From Fibrobacteria bacterium (lineage in GTDB: Bacteria > Fibrobacterota > Fibrobacteria > UBA11236), in the NCBI GenBank assembly GCA_041746255.1, contig JBGTHM010000058.1, positions 1-16,477 on the forward strand: a stretch of 16,477 nt of DNA, in the 5' to 3' direction. The notes below the pieces were generated by a model that was given only the letters and a program-made list of their open reading frames with translations, was not told the origin of the DNA and searched no databases. Positions within the stretch are counted from its first letter, which is position 1, and each line of letters begins with the position of its first letter. Below, one piece after another: positions 14,256 to 16,477 of the stretch. Made by a program: the position numbers and the translations under genes.

Positions 14256-15572
14256 TTAAAAATCAACCCGAATCGTTTGATGGCGCTTGGGCCCCAGCGA
14301 GACCATGCCGATGGGAACTTCCAGCAATGCGGCCATTCTTTCCAAATATTTCCGGGCATTTTCGGGCAAATCTTTCCAATCCGTAATGCCTTCCGTACTG
14401 GATTTCCAGCCCGGCCAGGTTTCATAAACGGGCTGAACCTTTTCCAGCATATTGATATGCAGCGGGAAATGCTCAACCCGCTTGCCGTCAATTTCATAGG
14501 CATGGCAAATACGGATTTCCTCGAAAGTGTCCAACACATCCAACTTGGTTATGGCCAAATGGGTGAGGCCGTTGACCATGGAAGCCCTCCGCACCAAAAC
14601 CGCGTCGAACCAGCCGCAACGCCTCTCACGTCCGGTAGTGGCTCCGTACTCATGCCCGATATCGCGAAGCTTCTTTCCGGCTTCTCCTTGAATCTCAGTG
14701 GGGAAGGGGCCGTTTCCGACTCGGGTCGTATACGCTTTGATAACACCCAATACCCGGTCGATGGCGGTGGGACCGACACCTGATCCAATGCAGGCCGCCG
14801 CGCTTACCGTATTGGACGAAGTCACGAAGGGATAGGTGCCGTGATCCACATCCAGTACCGTGCCTTGGGCCCCTTCGAACAACAGGCGCTTACCCTGTTT
14901 ATGCACTTCATTAAGCATGATGACGGTATCGGCCAGATAGGGTTTTAGACGCCGACCGTATTCCGAATATTCCTTAAGCACCGCCTCTAAGGAAATGCCC
15001 TCTTCCTTTTCCAGGCCGGAGACCAGTTCGGGATTGACCATGGCATAGAGCTCAAGCTTACGTCGCAGCAAACTCTCATCCAATAATTCTCCCGCTCGCA
15101 GTCCGCAACGGCGCACTTTGTCGCAATAGGCGGGACCAATCCCCCGGCCCGTGGTACCGATGGCGGCTTTTCCGGCCGCCTTTTCCATAAGCTTGTCGAG
15201 ACGCTTATGATAAGGGAGCACCACATGGGCGTTCTCCGCAACGAATAAACGACCCTCGACCGTCAGATTCTTTTCTCGAACCTCGTCGATTTCCTTCAAA
15301 AATTGCGCGGGGTCCAGCACCACGCCATTTCCGATAATGCAAAGTTTGCCGGGATGCATGACACCCGCGGGTATCAAATGGAAAACGAATTTCTCATCGC
15401 CCACCTCGACGGTATGGCCGGCATTCGCGCCGCCCTGGAAGCGCACCACCACGTCCGCGTCCTCGGTGAGGTAATCCACGACTTTGGCTTTTCCCTCATC
15501 GCCCCATTGGGCCCCGACGACGACGCAATTGCTTCGACCTTCGGCACGTTGCCCCGCTCTGCTATCCTTCAC
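14256..15572 (-). CDS. purA: Adenylosuccinate synthetase
   Basis: GAQWGDEGK, RFQGGANAGHT, IGTTGRGIGPAY, EGAQG...DVDHGTYPFVTSS, TRVGNGPFPTE, GATTGRERRCGW, TKLDVL. The start is placed at GTG 15572, preceded by the SD-like AAAGGTGG, rather than the ORF-track start at 15614. Confidence 0.97.
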   Translation of the reverse strand: MKDSRAGQRAEGRSNCVVVGAQWGDEGKAKVVDYLTEDADVVVRFQGGANAGHTVEVGDEKFVFHLIPAGVMHPGKLCIIGNGVVLDPAQFLKEIDEVREKNLTVEGRLFVAENAHVVLPYHKRLDKLMEKAAGKAAIGTTGRGIGPAYCDKVRRCGLRAGELLDESLLRRKLELYAMVNPELVSGLEKEEGISLEAVLKEYSEYGRRLKPYLADTVIMLNEVHKQGKRLLFEGAQGTVLDVDHGTYPFVTSSNTVSAAACIGSGVGPTAIDRVLGVIKAYTTRVGNGPFPTEIQGEAGKKLRDIGHEYGATTGRERRCGWFDAVLVRRASMVNGLTHLAITKLDVLDTFEEIRICHAYEIDGKRVEHFPLHINMLEKVQPVYETWPGWKSSTEGITDWKDLPENARKYLERMAALLEVPIGMVSLGPKRHQTIRVDF

Positions 15573-15669
15573 TATTACCACCTTTAACCGTCCACGCAAA
15601 ATGATCCCCGACAATGCGGAACAGTCCTAGCACTGGGTTTGATTACGGGGTTTTCCGGGCAAGAGAAGG

Positions 15670-15693
15670 AAAATAAAAAAGGCGGGGGCGCCT
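15670..15693 (-). terminator. Putative intrinsic terminator after the 155-aa hypothetical gene
   Basis: Minus strand AGGCG-CCCC-CGCCT followed by TTTTTATTTT; the stem is short. Confidence 0.45.
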
Positions 15694-15733
15694 CTCAATG
15701 GCAAAAGCGGGCCAAGTTCAATTCAAGCGCGCT

Positions 15734-16201
15734 TCAACCCGGATCGGAGGAGAAAAAAGCCGTCCAGGAAGGGTTGATATGCCCTTTGGCCACGGCTGCC
15801 GGCCAATCCCGGCCCAAAACCAGTTTGGCCACCGAACAATATTCCAATTGGAAGCACGATTCACAGGCCCCGTCGCAACCGCTGACTTTGACCGGAGGCC
15901 GGTCGGGGGCGGGTATTTCCACCGGAGCGTCTTGCATGCGCAAGAGTCCCCGGTAGGCAACGCTCGGCGGAAGTTTCTGCAGAAAGTCCACCAACACGCC
16001 TTGTCGGATCAGTTCGCCTTCGAGCTTCGCCAAATACTGTTGCAACCCCTGTTCGGTCAGCATTTGCTCTTCGCTGAGATTGAAAGGCGCGAGCAGTTCG
16101 CGCAAACTGGTAAAGCCGCACTCTTCCGGAGCCGCTTCGTTGGAGAAGGTCCAGTCGCTGAGGTTTTCGGCGAAGAAATTTCGGGTAGGATGCTTTTGCA
16201 T
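15734..16201 (-). CDS. Hypothetical protein with CX3CX2CX5C cluster (possible Fe-S or Zn binding)
   Basis: ATG start, 155 aa, natural-looking helical composition, motif GCDGACESCFQLEYC, flanked by terminator-like hairpins. Confidence 0.65.
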   Translation of the reverse strand: MQKHPTRNFFAENLSDWTFSNEAAPEECGFTSLRELLAPFNLSEEQMLTEQGLQQYLAKLEGELIRQGVLVDFLQKLPPSVAYRGLLRMQDAPVEIPAPDRPPVKVSGCDGACESCFQLEYCSVAKLVLGRDWPAAVAKGHINPSWTAFFSSDPG

Positions 16202-16316
16202 AAAAATTCAGATTCCGCTTTAAAGACTGCTGCCATTGTAGGCCCACTCGATACCCCATTTCCAGCACGGGGATGGTATGCGAAACTGAAAAACCCAAAG
16301 GAATTCAACCGATCGG

Positions 16317-16340
16317 AAAAAAGCTTGCAACAACGCAAGC
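16317..16340 (-). terminator. Putative intrinsic terminator for a gene entering from the right edge
   Basis: Minus strand GCTTGC-GTTGTT-GCAAGC followed by six Ts. Two minus-strand frames open from the edge stop at about 16367-16375. Confidence 0.4.
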
Positions 16341-16477
16341 AACGCAAAGATCAGAAGCTTGGGATCAGCTATTACCGTCGGCGGTTGGGGGGCCGGGTTT
16401 TCCCGGTGGCGTCGCTTGATCCGCACAGCGGGCGGACGCCGTCGCAACTCGGCGCCGGGCGAACCCCAATCCCGCAG

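Noticed and set aside
15573..15614. Extended N-terminus of PurA from the ORF track
   Set aside because: A GTG at 15572 with an SD-like sequence gives a length closer to typical PurA.
16220..16447. 75-aa minus-strand ORF (frame open to the window edge) and overlapping ORFs 16057..16347 and 15861..16298
   Set aside because: No recognisable motifs; they cross a terminator-like hairpin or overlap the 155-aa gene. The real frame entering from the right edge cannot be determined.

Overview
Bacterial chromosomal window, most likely from the FCB superphylum and possibly Fibrobacterota. This is inferred from a T9SS-type C-terminal domain, a DUF4954 protein, a stand-alone PASTA protein and a TPR/LolB-like pair. 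The right two-thirds form a tightly packed minus-strand run: hypothetical Cys-motif protein, purA, crp-like, PASTA protein, TPR lipoprotein, LolB/DUF4292-like lipoprotein, a 1264-aa secreted M6-protease-like protein, an adk-like kinase and rfbA. The left part holds a DUF4954 protein (+), a HAD-IB hydrolase (-) and a COG1373-type AAA+ ATPase (-). Four observations stand out. (1) The M6-like protein has its HExxH zinc motif replaced by NQLAR while the rest of the metzincin scaffold is kept, so it is a likely pseudoprotease. (2) An AT-rich spacer upstream of the ATPase carries five copies of a 16-bp imperfect palindrome, four of them in two phased pairs. (3) A nested 18-bp palindrome built from four AACGTT units lies between convergent genes. 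(4) A small orphan protein carries CX3CX2CX5C. All family calls come from motif recognition by eye; no searches were run.
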